From Octopus sinensis (taxonomy: Eukaryota), in assembly GCF_006345805.1 (NCBI RefSeq), contig NC_043001.1, forward strand, positions 108,066,001 through 108,130,000: a stretch of 64,000 nucleotides of DNA, given 5' to 3'. Every line of letters begins with the position of its first letter. Positions within the stretch are counted from its first letter, which is position 1. The position numbers and the translations under genes were made by a program. This document shows positions 12,690 through 25,833 of this stretch, piece after piece. Under the pieces are notes generated by a model. The model did no database searches. It was given only the letters and a program-made list of their open reading frames with translations, and was not told the origin of the DNA.

Positions 12690-13950
12690 AAAGGTTCGGG
12701 GAAAAAGTTGAGTGAACATTTTGTAAGAAATAAAAAGATGGGAAAAGGCAGAGAGGGTAAGAAAGGTGGCTGGGGAGAAGAGAAGAAAGGGTGAAGGGAT
12801 GTAAATGGAAATTTGTTGGAAGGGAAGTAAGTACAAAGGAGATGGGAATGGTATTTGAGTGAGCGGTTAAGTGTGGAGGGTATTAGGGAGGCGGTTAAGT
12901 GTGGATGGTATTAGGGAGGCGGCGAGCTGGCAGAAACGTTAGCACGCCGGGCGAGATGCTTAGCGGTATTTCGTCTGCCGTTACGTTCTGAGTTCAAATT
13001 CCACCGAGGTCGACTTTGCCTTTCATCCTTTCGGGGTCGATAAATAAAGTACCAGTTACGCACTGGGGTCGATTTAATCGACTTGATACCTATGTCTGTC
13101 CTTGTTTGTCCCCTCTATGTTTAGCCCCTTGTGGGTAATAAAAAATAGGTATTAGGGAGGCAAGTATAATGGCTGTAGGAGGAGAGAGGGAAATGCCTGT
13201 TGCTGGGGAATGGAACTACGGTGCAATTGGAAGGGAGGAGGTGAGGGATCTGTAGAAAATGGCAAACCGGAAGGAGCCAGGTATGGATGGGTGTACAGTG
13301 GAATGCCTAAAGAAAGGAGGAATGACAGTGGTTGAATGGTTAATGAGGCTTATGAATGTTTGTTACATATGAGTATAAATGGTGAGTGTTTTTAAGTTTC
13401 TGGAATCACATGTGACGGCGGATGGGGTTTGGATGAGACGGTGGGATATAGAGTGAAGGAGAGGAGTAAGATACTTGGAGTTGTGAAAGGTACGCTGAGA
13501 GATAAAAGGTTGAGTATGAAAGCGAAAATAGGTGTGTATGAGGGCGTGATTGTGCCGACAGTGTTATGTGGTGCAGAGATGTGGGGGCTGACAGAAGCGG
13601 AAAGGAATCGACTAGATGTGTTTGAGATGAGCTGTTTGAAGGATATGGTTGGTGTGACACGGATGGAGAGGATGAGGAATGAGGAGGTGCGAAGGCGAGC
13701 AGGAATGAGAGAAAAACCAACAACCAAAATGGAGAGACGAATGTTCAAGTGGTTTAGCCACATGGAGAGGATGGATGAGAAGCGGATGGTAAGGAGGGAG
13801 ATAAAGGCAGAAGTGGTAGGTAGAAGAACCAGAGGTAGGCCTCGGTTTGTGTAGATGGATGGAGTGAGGAAAGCTTTGGTGCCTAGAGAGTGTTTGTGGA
13901 CGGATGAGTGAATTTTGATGTTGCTCAAGGGGGTACGGAACCAGCATGAT
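12690..13950 (+). mobile_element. RTE-clade LINE ORF fragment with internal deletion and SINE insertion
   Basis: KEPGMDGCTVECLKKGG..VVEWL (pre-RT) and YEGVIVPTVLCGAEMW...KWFSHMERM...RTRGRPR (C-terminus) are typical RTE motifs. Confidence 0.85.
12917..13152 (+). mobile_element. SINE family Y inserted in RTE, 14-bp target duplication
   Basis: ggtattagggaggc at 12907-12920 and 13148-13161. Confidence 0.85.
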
Positions 13951-14614
13951 GTGGCGGGGTAAGTAAGCATATATTGTCGGGCCCCGCTGCTGAAATTGGG
14001 GGTTGTGTTTTATGCTTTAACCCGAGCATTGAACGGGGCTCACCTCTTTGACCTTGGAAATGAATGTAACGTCTGGTATGTGTCTTGTTGTGGCTACCCC
14101 CTCCTAAAAAAATGGGGAATAGGCTTGGGTATATATATAAAAAAAAAGGAGAGCGTTTGTTGATTATATCGAACCCTGGCAATCAACTTGTAGTTATTTT
14201 ATCGACCCCGAAAAGATGAAAGGCGAAGTCGACCTCGGTGAAATTTGAACTCAGAACATAAATTAGAACGTAAAGACGGACGAAGCGCCACTAACCATTT
14301 TGTCCGGCGTGCAGTAAACTTAATAATATTGATAATTGTTTCTTACTTAGGTAGAAGCTCAGTCATTTTTGAGAGCAGGAGGGTCGGTTGATACCATCCA
14401 CCACTTAACTTTGTTTTGCTTTATCGGACCGCGAAAGGAAGAAACACAAAGTTGCCCGCAGCGGAATTTGAACTCAAAGTCTAAAGATCCTGAAGAAACA
14501 TGGCAAAGCATTTTCACGGAATTTCTTCCATGGCCCTTCACATTCTGAGTTCAAATCCTGTTGAGAACAATTTTGTTTATCATTCTTTTGCGGTCAATAT
14601 GAAAGACCCTATTA

Positions 14615-15095
14615 TAGGCGCAGGTGTGGTAGTATGGTAAGAAGCTTGCTTACCAACGACATGGTTCTGGGTTCAGTTCCACTGCGTGACACTATGGGCA
14701 AGTGTCTCCTGCTATAACCTCGGGCCGACCAAAGCCTTGTGAGTGGATTTGGTAGACGGAACCTGAAAGAAGCCCGTGTATATATAATATATAGTATTAT
14801 ATATATATATTATATAATGTATATATATATATTATATATATCTATATTATGTATATATATATGTATATATATATATATGTATATATATATATGTATTATA
14901 TGTATATATATATATGTAATATGTATACCCATTGTCTATCAAGACAGACGGGGAAAGAATGGAGAATGAATATATATTATATGTATATATATATATGTAT
15001 ATATATATTATGTATAGATATATATATATATATATATATAGATATATATATATATATAATATATATTATATTATATATATATATATATTGTATTA

Positions 15096-15143
<48 letters not shown>

Positions 15144-15231
15144 ATTTTTGTGTATATGCTTCCGTCATATATATATATAGTATATATATGTATGTATATG
15201 TATGTATATGTATGTATATGTATGTGTGTAT

Positions 15232-15306
<75 letters not shown>

Positions 15307-15530
15307 TAGATATATATGTATGTATTTGTGTGTCTGTGTTTGTCTTCCCATCATCGCCTGACAACCGATGGTGGTGTGTTTACGTCCCCGAAACTTAGCG
15401 GTTCGGCAAAAGAAACCGATAGAATAAGTACTAGGCTTACAAAGAATAAGTCCTGGGGTCGATTTGTTCGAACAAAGCCGCGCTCCAGCATGACCGCTGT
15501 CAAAAATATTGAGTGAAACAAGCAAAAGAG
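14615..15530 (+). mobile_element. SINE family X (tRNA head, CORE-like, internal microsatellite) with about 540-bp expanded tract
   Basis: Both conserved halves present around TA/TATG/GATA tract 14779-15320. Confidence 0.85.
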
Positions 15531-15944
15531 ATAGCAACGGGATATGAACTCAAAACATGAAGACCCGGAACGAATCGTTCGATTCCATTTTTACGTGTCC
15601 GGAAAATTCGACGTAAACCTATTCACCGTGGGAAAATTTGCAATCGAAAAATTCTCTGTAAGAGGTTTCGCTCTATGGGAGAATTCGCCGAAAGATAAAT
15701 TCGCCCTATTGACAATGATGAAGTGTTCAGCATTTAAAAAAAAAATAATAAATGAAAAAGAAAAAGAACGATAAGAGATTTTATGATAGCATTAAATTGG
15801 CAGGTCATTATTTAATGCCAAATGTGATGAGGTCATTTAAAACGTATGAAAATTCCAGGCAATGCTGTGCAAACAATATAATTTTTACTGCGGACAGTAT
15901 CGAAGGATTTGTCTCTAAAGTCCTACGTTAATATCCTTTCTCCA

Positions 15945-16345
15945 AAGGCGGCGAGCTGTCAGAAACGTTAGCACGGCGGGCGAAATGCGTAGCCGTATTT
16001 CGTCTGTCGTTACGTTCTGAGTTCAAATTCCGCCGAGGTCGACTTTGCCTTTTATCCTTTTGGGGTCGATAAATTAAGTACTAGTTACGCACTGGGGTCG
16101 ATATAATCGACTTAATCTGTTTGTCTGTCCATGTTTGACCTCTCTGTGTTTAGCCCCTTGTGGGTAGTAAAGAAATAGGTATTTCGTCTACTGCTACATT
16201 CTGAGTTCAAATTCCGCCGAGGTCGACTTTGCCTTTCATTCTTTCGGAGTCGATAAATTAAGTACCGGTTGCGTACTGGCGTCGATCTGATTGATTTGCC
16301 CCTGCTCAAAAATTTCAGGCATTGTTCCTAGAGTAGAATAGATTC
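15945..16345 (+). mobile_element. SINE family Y, head + 2 units + tail
   Basis: gagttcaaattccgccgaggtcgac occurs twice. Confidence 0.85.
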
Positions 16346-16448
16346 CTAAGTTTTGAGGTCAGTACTATAAGACAAAGAACAGAGATAAGACGTACGTCTT
16401 CCGACCGAACGCTTTTTCTTTCGTATCTAGTTTTCAAATTGAGTAAAA

Positions 16449-16770
16449 GCGAATGGCTCAGTGGTTCGGGTATTCAGCTCACAATCGTAAGAACGTGAGT
16501 TTGATTTCCAGCGGTGCATTGCGTCCTTAAACACGACGGTTTACTTCACGTTGCTCCCGTCCACTCAGCAGGCAAAAATGAGCTGTACTTGTAATTGAAA
16601 AGGGCCAGCCTTGTCACATTCTGTGTCTCGCTGAATCTCCCTGAGAACTACATTAAGGGTACACGTGTCTGTGGAACACTCAACCACTTGCACGTTATCG
16701 AGCGGGCTGTTCCGTTGATCGGATCAACTGGAACCCCCATGGTCGTAACTAACTGACAGATTGCCAGTCA
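16449..16770 (+). mobile_element. tRNA-SINE, head 2 (CORE-like) + tail A
   Basis: Different 5' half (…cacgttgctcccgtccactcagc) followed by tail A. Confidence 0.72.
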
Positions 16771-18040
16771 ATTAGTCTTTAAAGTTGTGTCCATAACCTG
16801 CACCTCTTCTGAAGTCTTAGAAAGCGATTAAATCTCAAATATCTTGGCTTTTATGAAAGCCAAGATATTTGAGATTTAATCGCTGAATATGTCTCAAAAG
16901 ACACCGAAGTTAATCATCTTTGAAAATGGACATGATGCAAGTTTAATAGATTATTTCTTTACCGCTATAACATGAAGTTCCGCGAAATAATTGAAATCTG
17001 AATTCTTGGATTGCTGGTCATTTCTGGCCATGAATCATGGTGAGAGAAAACGTGTGTTTTATTTTCCCGGTGCACTTTTTTTTTGTATTTAAAGTGAAAT
17101 TAGCCAATTCAGACTGTTGGCGCTCCCTTGATTAAAAAAGAAATGAACTGTATTCACTTGTCAATACAATAATGAAAAACAACCGTAAACAAAAGCTTGC
17201 ATAGACTGCTTGTCTCCAGAAACACTTCACATCGGAGATGATTCACGTCAAATTGTAATCCGGATTCTGTTTCAAATTTTGATTCAGGGACTACGCAGAG
17301 AGTTGTCGGAAATTTCTATCAACAAATATTTCAGCTTACTCTGCAAACATACACAGTAACATACCAAAAGGTTTTCTTTGTCTATTGACTTTATACAGTG
17401 GCCTAGCATGTATAAATAGTCAATAGACAACATATTCATATTTTAAAATAGTGTACATTTAAACACAAAACATGTAAAAATTACCTGTTAAAGAGTAGTT
17501 TTCTTTTGTTTAATTGTACAATATTTTTAAATATGAATATGTGGTCTATTGACTATTTATACATGCTAAGCCACTGGTGGTGATATTTATAAACGAATAT
17601 TCGCTACCCTATATATGTATCTTATGAATATGTTCTTAGCATTCTCGAAGATTCAGCTCGGCGTTATATTTACTGCCGACTGAAACTACGCTTGCGAGCG
17701 AAATTTTGAAAAATTATAACATATAATGACGGGATACGTGTTATCTTGTCTCTGAATTATAAGTTAGTTATTGAGGCCGGTTACTGATGAGAATTCGCCT
17801 GGTGGATATTGTTTTGCTAAATTACCTATTAAAGGATGGCAAATAATCTTATTTGCTAAAGAAATTCGATATCATGGTATAACCGCTAATAAAAATAACA
17901 AGGTAAAAGTTTTTATTTTTCATTTACTTCGAAAATTGCTATAAAATCGTGGTTTTGACCGTGTTGGCTGCTGTTTCTAGCATGTAAAAATTACCTGTAA
18001 AGGATAGGTTTTTTTGTGTTTAAATGTACACTATTTAAAA

Positions 18041-18087
<47 letters not shown>

Positions 18088-18267
18088 TATATATACATAT
18101 CTACAACGGGATTCTTTCAGTCTCCGTCTACCAAATCCACTCACAAGGCTTTGGTCGACCCGAGGCTATTGTTGAAGCCCAAGGTGTCATGTAGTGGGAC
18201 TAAACCCGGAACTATGTGGTTCATAAGCAAGCTACTTACCACACAGCAACTCCTACGTCTATATATG

Positions 18268-18301
<34 letters not shown>

Positions 18302-18893
18302 AAGTCGCTATCGGGCTCTACCGGTAACATGTACCCAAGTACAACCTGTTGCATGGTCGGGTCGTCGGTGACTAGACTGGCAATTCATCAAGCTTGCTTG
18401 GTGAGGAGGGTGATTTTTGGACACCCTGCAGGACGAAAAATAAGACCCGTCAAAGAGCGGAAGGGCTCACGAGCAGTCAGCGGTCATCCAACAATGTGTA
18501 CATGTGTTTATATTCATGTATGTATGCGCAGGGACATGGAAATACCTGGGTTGGTATCCAGGCGCGCGGTCGGCCCGCTGGGAAAAGAAGACACCTCTGT
18601 TGTCACAGCTCCCTAGGAGAGGAAAACTCTGAGAGAAAACCTGCGACACTGACAATATTCAAGGATGTAGACTAGTTCTACTTTTCGAGTTTATGTTGTC
18701 CATGCTCAGAGAGTGGGATTGGATCTGTGCAAATCCTTTCTCCACAATAATAAAAAAAATTATTATGCACAGGCATCGCATGCAAAAGAGTAAGGCCTAT
18801 CTCAAAAATGGCTGATCGTAGCCTTCTCATGTGTGGGATTTTCGGTAAGGCGATGGCAATACTCGAACACGAGTTTGCAGCCATCAAATGTGT

Positions 18894-18950
<57 letters not shown>

Positions 18951-19038
18951 TTTGATATTCATATATGTATATATGTATGTATATACATAAATGTATATAT
19001 ATATAGGTTTTCATATTTGGATTAATTATATATAAATG

Positions 19039-19073
<35 letters not shown>

Positions 19074-19162
19074 TGTGTGTGTGTGTTGTATTTATGTATA
19101 ATTGTATATATATATGTATATATATACATACATATATATGTATGTATCTATATATATATATG

Positions 19163-19203
<41 letters not shown>

Positions 19204-19299
19204 ATATATGTATATATACACACACATACATCTTCATCTGGCTAAATCGTCAGCATAGCGGATTAAAATGCTAAGCAGCACTTCTGGCTTTATGTTCTG

Positions 19300-19690
19300 C
19301 GTTCAGAAATGTGAAGGGGCAGGCTGGAAAGCGGACCATTTTCCAATCGAAGTTGGATGTAGAGGGTTTGTTGGACACAGTGTGAGACGATTGTTGGTAT
19401 CATTAGGCCTAACTCGTCGTAAAGTAAATACCACCATGACCGATATCCAAACTAAAGTGAAGGTTAGCCACTGGATTTGGTTAAAAAGAGGCGATGAGCA
19501 ATGGCTAGAGAAATATTGAGCTATATTTAATAACCAGTTGATCTAATAAGCGGGGCTTCATATCAGTGAGGGTGCGCATTGATGCCGTCGAATGGTAGGC
19601 GCCGAAACGGCGCGCATTCTCTCCTAATGACCCCATACACTTGCTGGCTTCCGGTATGCAGAGTTCTCGACTGGTACCACCTGCATGTGC
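19300..19690 (+). mobile_element. HERO/R2-group non-LTR 3' end (RLE C-terminus + 3' UTR)
   Basis: C..AGWKADHFPIEVGCRGF...LLVSLG...HWIWLKR..W. Confidence 0.62.
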
Positions 19691-20221
19691 AAGTTGCTTG
19701 CAAAACATACATTATAGAAAGCATAAGCCGAAGACAGATGAGGAAACGGCAAGCGGCTGTATTTGAACCTTTGACGCTTCGTGTCTGCGCTCTTCTACAA
19801 AATAGAAAGAACGCCTTAATCTATTCTTTTCTAGGGATTTCTTCACTTTTTCCTCAATCAACAACTCCATCATATTAACTAGAACAGCATCCATTCTTAA
19901 ACCAAATGTCTATAACTCACAGAACTTAGTTCAAAATTCCTGCATAAGTAGAGCTTTGAGTAGGTCGGGATCTGCTACTTTGAGTTAATGAGGATCCATT
20001 AAATCATAAGGAAATCTCTAGTAGCTTTTTAACAAGCGATAAATCGAAGTCAAGATGACATCCTCAAGGCCGGAAGCAGTAGACGACGGTCCGCACCCTT
20101 ATTTCAGGCTGATCTCCGACTGTATTGTATAAGTGCAATTGTATACAAAAATGTCTTTGCTTGTTTTATCCAATTTCTTTTTCAGTGAATAACAAAATTG
20201 ACTATTTTATAGAGGCTTCAA

Positions 20222-21106
20222 ATGTGTATCTATATGTACGACATTTTAAACAGTAAATTCTTTCAGCTTCCTAAATGAAGCAAGGAGGAAATAATGGCGT
20301 CTCATGCGATGAAGCAATGCAGTTTGCATGAATAATTGGTTCTTAGAAAGGAATGACAAAAATATCTTTAGCTGTCTGCTAAGGAAAGCAGGAAAAATGG
20401 TTGGTGCCAACTCTAAAGTCACGACATGTATTCAACATGAATTTACCACTCTTCATGTTTTGCATGAGGAATTCCAACCACGTTTTGTGCTTCGCTACCT
20501 GAACAGCTCCTTCATAGGATCCAGTGGCTAAGACATCATCAGCCGTTCAAGAATTTGGACCTGGAGATCTTCATTTCCAGCGACTTCGAGGGCCACCTCC
20601 CAGTGGTGTCGGGCGTCAACGAAGAGCCCTCGACTACAACAAGACGACCAAACCTTTTTTTTTCCCAAGGTCTGGGGTCTCCCGCCCCTAAGCCCTAGAC
20701 CATCACCTAATCGCCCTTACCCGTCTTGTTGCTTAGTAGCAACAACAACAAGACATCATCAGAAGGAACCACGTCTGGTTTCGGCCCCTACTCCTTTACC
20801 GTTTTCGACGTGGCGTGCCCACAACTTTAAAAAAAAATGAAATTTCTTTGCTTAGTAAAATCTCCATGTGTATCTACATGCAAGACATTTTAAACAGTAA
20901 ATTCTTTCAGCTTCCTAGATGAAGCAAGGGGAAAATAATGGCGTCTCATGCGATGAAGCCATGCAGTTTGCATGAATAATTGGTTCTTAGAAAGGAAAGA
21001 GTGACAAAAATATCTTTAGCTGTCTGCTGAGGAAAGCAGGAAAAATGGCTGGTGCCAACTCTAAAGTCACAACGACATGTATTCAACATGAATTTACCAC
21101 TCTTCA
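20222..21106 (+). repeat. About 235-bp direct repeat pair (20222-20455, 20866-21106)
   Basis: Two copies with scattered substitutions and small indels, separated by about 410 bp. Confidence 0.85.
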
Positions 21107-22062
21107 ATGCATGTCGTATGAATAGGGCACACACGGAATTCGAGTTCATAAAATGGAATACAATTTTGTTTTTTATTACAAAAAGTTTAACGTTTTAAAA
21201 GAGGCTGTAATTGAGATTTTATTTTCGTTCGCTTTGGCCTGTGAGACATAAAAACATTTTCAGTCCGAAAGGTGTTGCCACCCACTGCTCCGGGCAAGGG
21301 TTTCAGAACTGTTTAGTACTAGTTATTAATTAGAAGCGTCTAAAAAAAAGCCGCAGGGGTGCGTCTGTGAATATAAAGATTATGAATTTTTAATTTTACA
21401 AAGTCATAGTTATGCAACATATTATTTTTTTTTTATTTTAAAACTTAAGTTATTGCCTAGCTTAATTTTATTTAACTTATTTAGGCGTAGGAGTGGTTGT
21501 GTGGTAAGTAGCATGCTTACCAACTACGTGGCTCCAGGTTCAGTCCCACTGCGTGGCACCTTGGGCAAGTGTCTTCTACTATAAACTGAAAGAAGCCCGT
21601 CGTATGTATGTGTGTATGTGTGTGTATATGTTTGTGTGTCTCTTTGTGCCCCAACATCGCTTGACAACCGATGCTGGTGTGTTTACGTCCCCGTAACTTA
21701 GCGGTTCGGCAAAAGAGACCGATAGAATAAGTACTAGGCATCCAGAGAATAAGTCCTGGGGTCAATTTGACTGAAACAAGTAAAAGAGTAAAGAGTTATT
21801 TATTTAGAACGAAGCCAGCTAACAGAATAGTTAGCTACCCCAGAGAAAATGTGTTGCGCTATTTGTTCCGACTTTACGTTCCGAGTTCGAATTCCACCTA
21901 GATAGACTTTGCCTTGCATTCTTTCGCGGTCAATGAAATAAGCACCAGTTGAGCACCGAGGTCGATGTAATTGATTGGCCCCTTCTTCCCCCAAAATTTC
22001 AAGTCCAATCCCTATAGTAGAAAAGATACATATATTTATATATTTAATATTTTCATGAGATT

Positions 22063-22447
22063 AAGGCGGCGAGCTGGCAGAAACGTTAGCACACCGGGCG
22101 AAATGCTTAGCTGTATTTCGTCTGCCGTTACGTTCTGAGTTCAAATTCAGCCGAGGTCGACTTTGCCTTTCATCCTTTCGGGGTCGATTAAATAAGTACC
22201 AATTACGCACTGGGGTCGATATAATCCACTTAATCTGTTTGTCTCTCCTTGTTTGCCCCTTGTGGGTAGTAGAGAAATAGGTATTTCGTCTGTCTTTACG
22301 TTCTGAGTTCAAATTCGGTCAACTTCGACTTTACCTTTCATCCTTTCAAGGTCGGTAAATGAAGTACCAGTTGCGTACTGGGGTCGTTCTAATCGACTGG
22401 CCCCTTCCCGAAGAATTTCGGGCCCTGTGCCTAGAGTAGAAACGAAT
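22063..22447 (+). mobile_element. SINE family Y, 2 units, with target duplication
   Basis: atattt(t)tcatgagatt flanks both ends. Confidence 0.85.
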
Positions 22448-23056
22448 ATTTTCATGAGATTTTAGACTCTATCATGGATCGGTTTCAAATTTATCTACGA
22501 ATGAAATATCGCCTTACATTCAGAGAAGGAATATTTAAACCCCGCTCAAGACATAGGTAAATAAAATTCTTTCTCTTTGCGTGAATGACAGAGTGTAAAT
22601 TTTGGATTAAAAAACAAAATTTTTGATCCAATACTTACACGCTGATATTGATAGCTTTATTTGCTTCGAGTCAAACTGTTCCCAAAGGGAATTACTTCAC
22701 ATTCCCTCGAGGTTTCTAAATGCATATGACGTCAAAAAACTAGATGAATATACTTAGTTTGTTTGTCAAAGCCCTGTGCATGCACTAACTTCGATATTAC
22801 ATAGTGGAAGGTTATTGTTCCAGGCAACTGCTTTGCTTATTAATTTCTTGCAACAGGCTAATAACACCTTATGATTATTAATTTGTCAAGCTCCTACAAC
22901 GCCGACCAAGCATATTACGTGACAAGCATATTACGTTTACTCAGATCAATCATAGCTGCCAGCCTCAGTCTCTCGGCTTTGTGCGTTCCTTCACATAGCA
23001 TAAATAATTTATGTACACACACACAGATATATGTATGTATATATATATATATAAAG

Positions 23057-23098
<42 letters not shown>

Positions 23099-23301
23099 TA
23101 TATATATCAGCCGAAATTGCGGATGATCCGTTCTTGACTGAAGATAAAAGGCTTCGAATGACCCGTCCGTGTTTTTTTGTATCGTCTATCTGGATGTTTT
23201 GTTGTCCCTTTTGTATCACCCTAGTTGTCCGGATGTTTTGCGTTCTTGTCCCATTTTGTATTTGATTATATATATTATATATATATATATTATATATATA
23301 T

Positions 23302-23355
<54 letters not shown>

Positions 23356-23489
23356 GCGGCGTACGTACACTTTGTTCTCTTATATATATATATAGTTAAT
23401 CAAACAAGGAAGCATAAAAAAGCAACAACGCGAGGACGTGGAACAAATATAGTATTATTGGACGCTAAGAAAGAAGGAAAGAAGGAGGG

Positions 23490-23524
23490 TTTTAACGTTT
23501 CGAGCGGAGCTCTTCATCGGAAAC
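23490..23524 (-). ncRNA. Hammerhead motif with C at position 4 (family H2)
   Basis: Reverse complement: GTTT-CCGATGA-A-GAGC(tcc)GCTC-GAAAC-GTT-AAAA. Confidence 0.52.
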
Positions 23525-23590
23525 ATAGGAGAAGGAAAGATATATATATATATATACTTCGTTAAAAATGCAGCAAAAATATCACGAAAA

Positions 23591-23628
23591 CTGTTACTCA
23601 GAGTTTCACGTTCCCGTTTGTCAGACAG
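23591..23628 (-). ncRNA. Degenerate hammerhead motif (family H3)
   Basis: Reverse complement: CTGT-CTGACAA-ACG(ggaa)CGT-GAAACTC(t)GAGTA-ACAG; stems intact, G8 changed to A. Confidence 0.58.
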
Positions 23629-23933
23629 TTCTGTTTAGATCCTAAACAAAACTGTCCAAAAAACGGGAACGTGAAACTCTGAGTAACATTTTTTGTGATA
23701 TTTTTGCTGCTTTTTTAATAAAGCATATTACACTAACTCTGGTATTCGAGTACTATGAAATGAGGTACTCAGAAATCTGGATGGTTTATATTTACAGATA
23801 TCTATTAGTATGTTACATGTTTTTATAAATCATATATAATATATATAGCGCTTTCGTCCACTCTAGTGGAGTCTTCAAATTGAACTGTTCAATTTGAAAT
23901 CTCCACTAGAATGGACGAAAGCGCTGTGTATAT

Positions 23934-23973
<40 letters not shown>

Positions 23974-24933
23974 TTTATGTGTGTGTGTGTGTGTGTGGTG
24001 TGTGTGTGTGTGTGTGTGTGTGGGTGTGTGTGTGTGTGTTGATGCAAACAGGAAAAATAGAACTCAAATATGAGTATTTGTATATTGTTATTAATATTTA
24101 GCAGAAGCAACAGAGTGACTAAAGGTCCGAAAGTTTCGTGAGTTGGTGCTTGTCAAAATGTGTGTATATATGTGTATATATATATATATATATATGTATG
24201 ACGAATTTCTATCGACCAAATCAACTCACAAGGCTTCCTGACTATAGTAGAAAACGCTTGCCCAAGATGCCAAGCAGTGGGACTGAACTCAGAACGATTG
24301 GTTGAGAACTATGTCTGCGCATATGTGGTTTGTGCGTCTGCGCGCGCGCGCGCGAGTGTGTGCGTGTGTGTGTGTGTGGGCCTTTATTGCTTAGTGGAAA
24401 AACGGTACGGAAATCCCACACACGGCTCCTCTATCGAGCCTTGAACAGAGTTTGGAAGACAGAGAACCATACGAGAACGGAACGGAAGAGCGTCCAGGCA
24501 GTTAAACTGTGTCACAGTCAGTTACGACCAAAGAAGGAATAAATCGTATGTCCCGGATATAATAATATTGTTTCAAAGGAAAGGAAAGGAAATGTCGAGA
24601 AGAGAGCGTGTGGGAGTTGAAGGAAGAGGGAGGGACGAAACGGATGAGCTGTTATAGAGTGAATTAATAATATAACATTCTTTTTTCGAGCTGCGCAGAC
24701 AACCACTTGTGTATGTAGGTCACTTGGACAGATATTCAGGGACGTATTTTAAGCATTGTATTATATGGAGTATGAGGGCGTAATCATCTTCGCCCTTCCT
24801 CTCAAGATTGCTGGCCTTGAGCTAAAATTAGAAAGCAATATATGAACTAGAAATAGCTGCCAAGTCTTCTTCAAATTACTCCTATTTCTTTTAATAAAAA
24901 GAAGAATGCGCTAGATAATATAATCCTGTATGT

Positions 24934-25107
24934 ATAGGCGTAGGAGTGGCTGTGTGGTAAGTAGCTTGCTTAACAACCACATGGTTCCGGGTTCAGTCCC
25001 ACTGCGTGGCACCTTGGGCAAGTGTCTTCTACTATAGCCTCGGGCCGACCAAAGCCTTGCGAGTGGATTTGGTAGACGGAAACTGAAAGAAGCCCGTCGT
25101 ATATATG

Positions 25108-25148
<41 letters not shown>

Positions 25149-25337
25149 ATGTCTATACTTGTCCTCCCGGCATCGCTTGATAACTGATGGTGGTGTGTTT
25201 ACGTCCCCGTAACTTAGAGGTTCGGCAAAAGAGACCGATAGACTAAGTACTAGGCATCCCAAGAATAAGTCCTGGGGTCGATTTGCTCGAATTAAAGCGG
25301 TGCTGCAGCATGGCCACAGTCAAATGAGTGAAACAAG

Positions 25338-25340
<3 letters not shown>
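24934..25340 (+). mobile_element. SINE family X, near-consensus full-length copy
   Basis: taggcgtaggagtggctgtgtggtaag...ttgggcaagtgtcttc...gaaacaagtaa. Similar copies at 1155, 21483, 28575, 34200 (+) and 9907, 18100, 26185, 29255, 30160, 37975, 44970, 46517 (-). Confidence 0.88.
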
Positions 25341-25402
<62 letters not shown>

Positions 25403-25790
25403 ATGCAAACACCTTTCTGTAAGTGAAATGTAATTGTTACATCCTGAACATTTTGCTTGTTTCACTCATTGAATTGCCACCATACTGGAGCAGCACCTGA
25501 AGAATTTGGTCGAACAAATCGCCCCCAGTTGTAATTGGTTAAATATTGTACTTATTTTATCGATCTAAAGTAGTCGAACCGCTACATTACAGTTACTTAA
25601 GCAAACCAGCACTGGTTGTCAAGCGTTGGCAGGGGTCAAACACATTCATGCCAACATACATACACACGTGTATGCTTACGTGTATGTGTGTGTCAGTGTG
25701 TGTGTATACGTGTATGAGCATCTTATATAGTACCTATATAAACATGGCAAATTTAGCTGTTTCTTCGTAGACTAAAAGCAATGATGATAA

Positions 25791-25833
25791 ACTTTAATCG
25801 ATTTTCGAGTCCAATTGGACTCTCATCAGAGGT
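25791..25833 (-). ncRNA. Type I minimal hammerhead ribozyme motif (family H10)
   Basis: Reverse complement: ACCT-CTGATGA-GAGTCC(aatt)GGACTC-GAAA-ATCGAT-TA-AAGT. Canonical core, perfect 6-bp stem II with G-C closing pair, palindromic helix III AATCGATT, UUA triplet, one mismatch in stem I. Confidence 0.8.

Larger units (their letters stand above)
23395..23930. mobile_element. Nest of HHR-type short elements (H2, H3 fold-back 23563-23717, H8 hairpin 23847-23925) in (TA)n
   Basis: Three unrelated repeat families adjacent to each other. H8 is a 39-bp-arm hairpin with TTGAAGA...GAAAGCGCTA on the minus strand; its tail family recurs at 33465-33670. Confidence 0.7.

Noticed and set aside
20222-21106. 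TRIM/LTR retrotransposon
   Set aside because: No target-site duplication, primer-binding site or polypurine tract.
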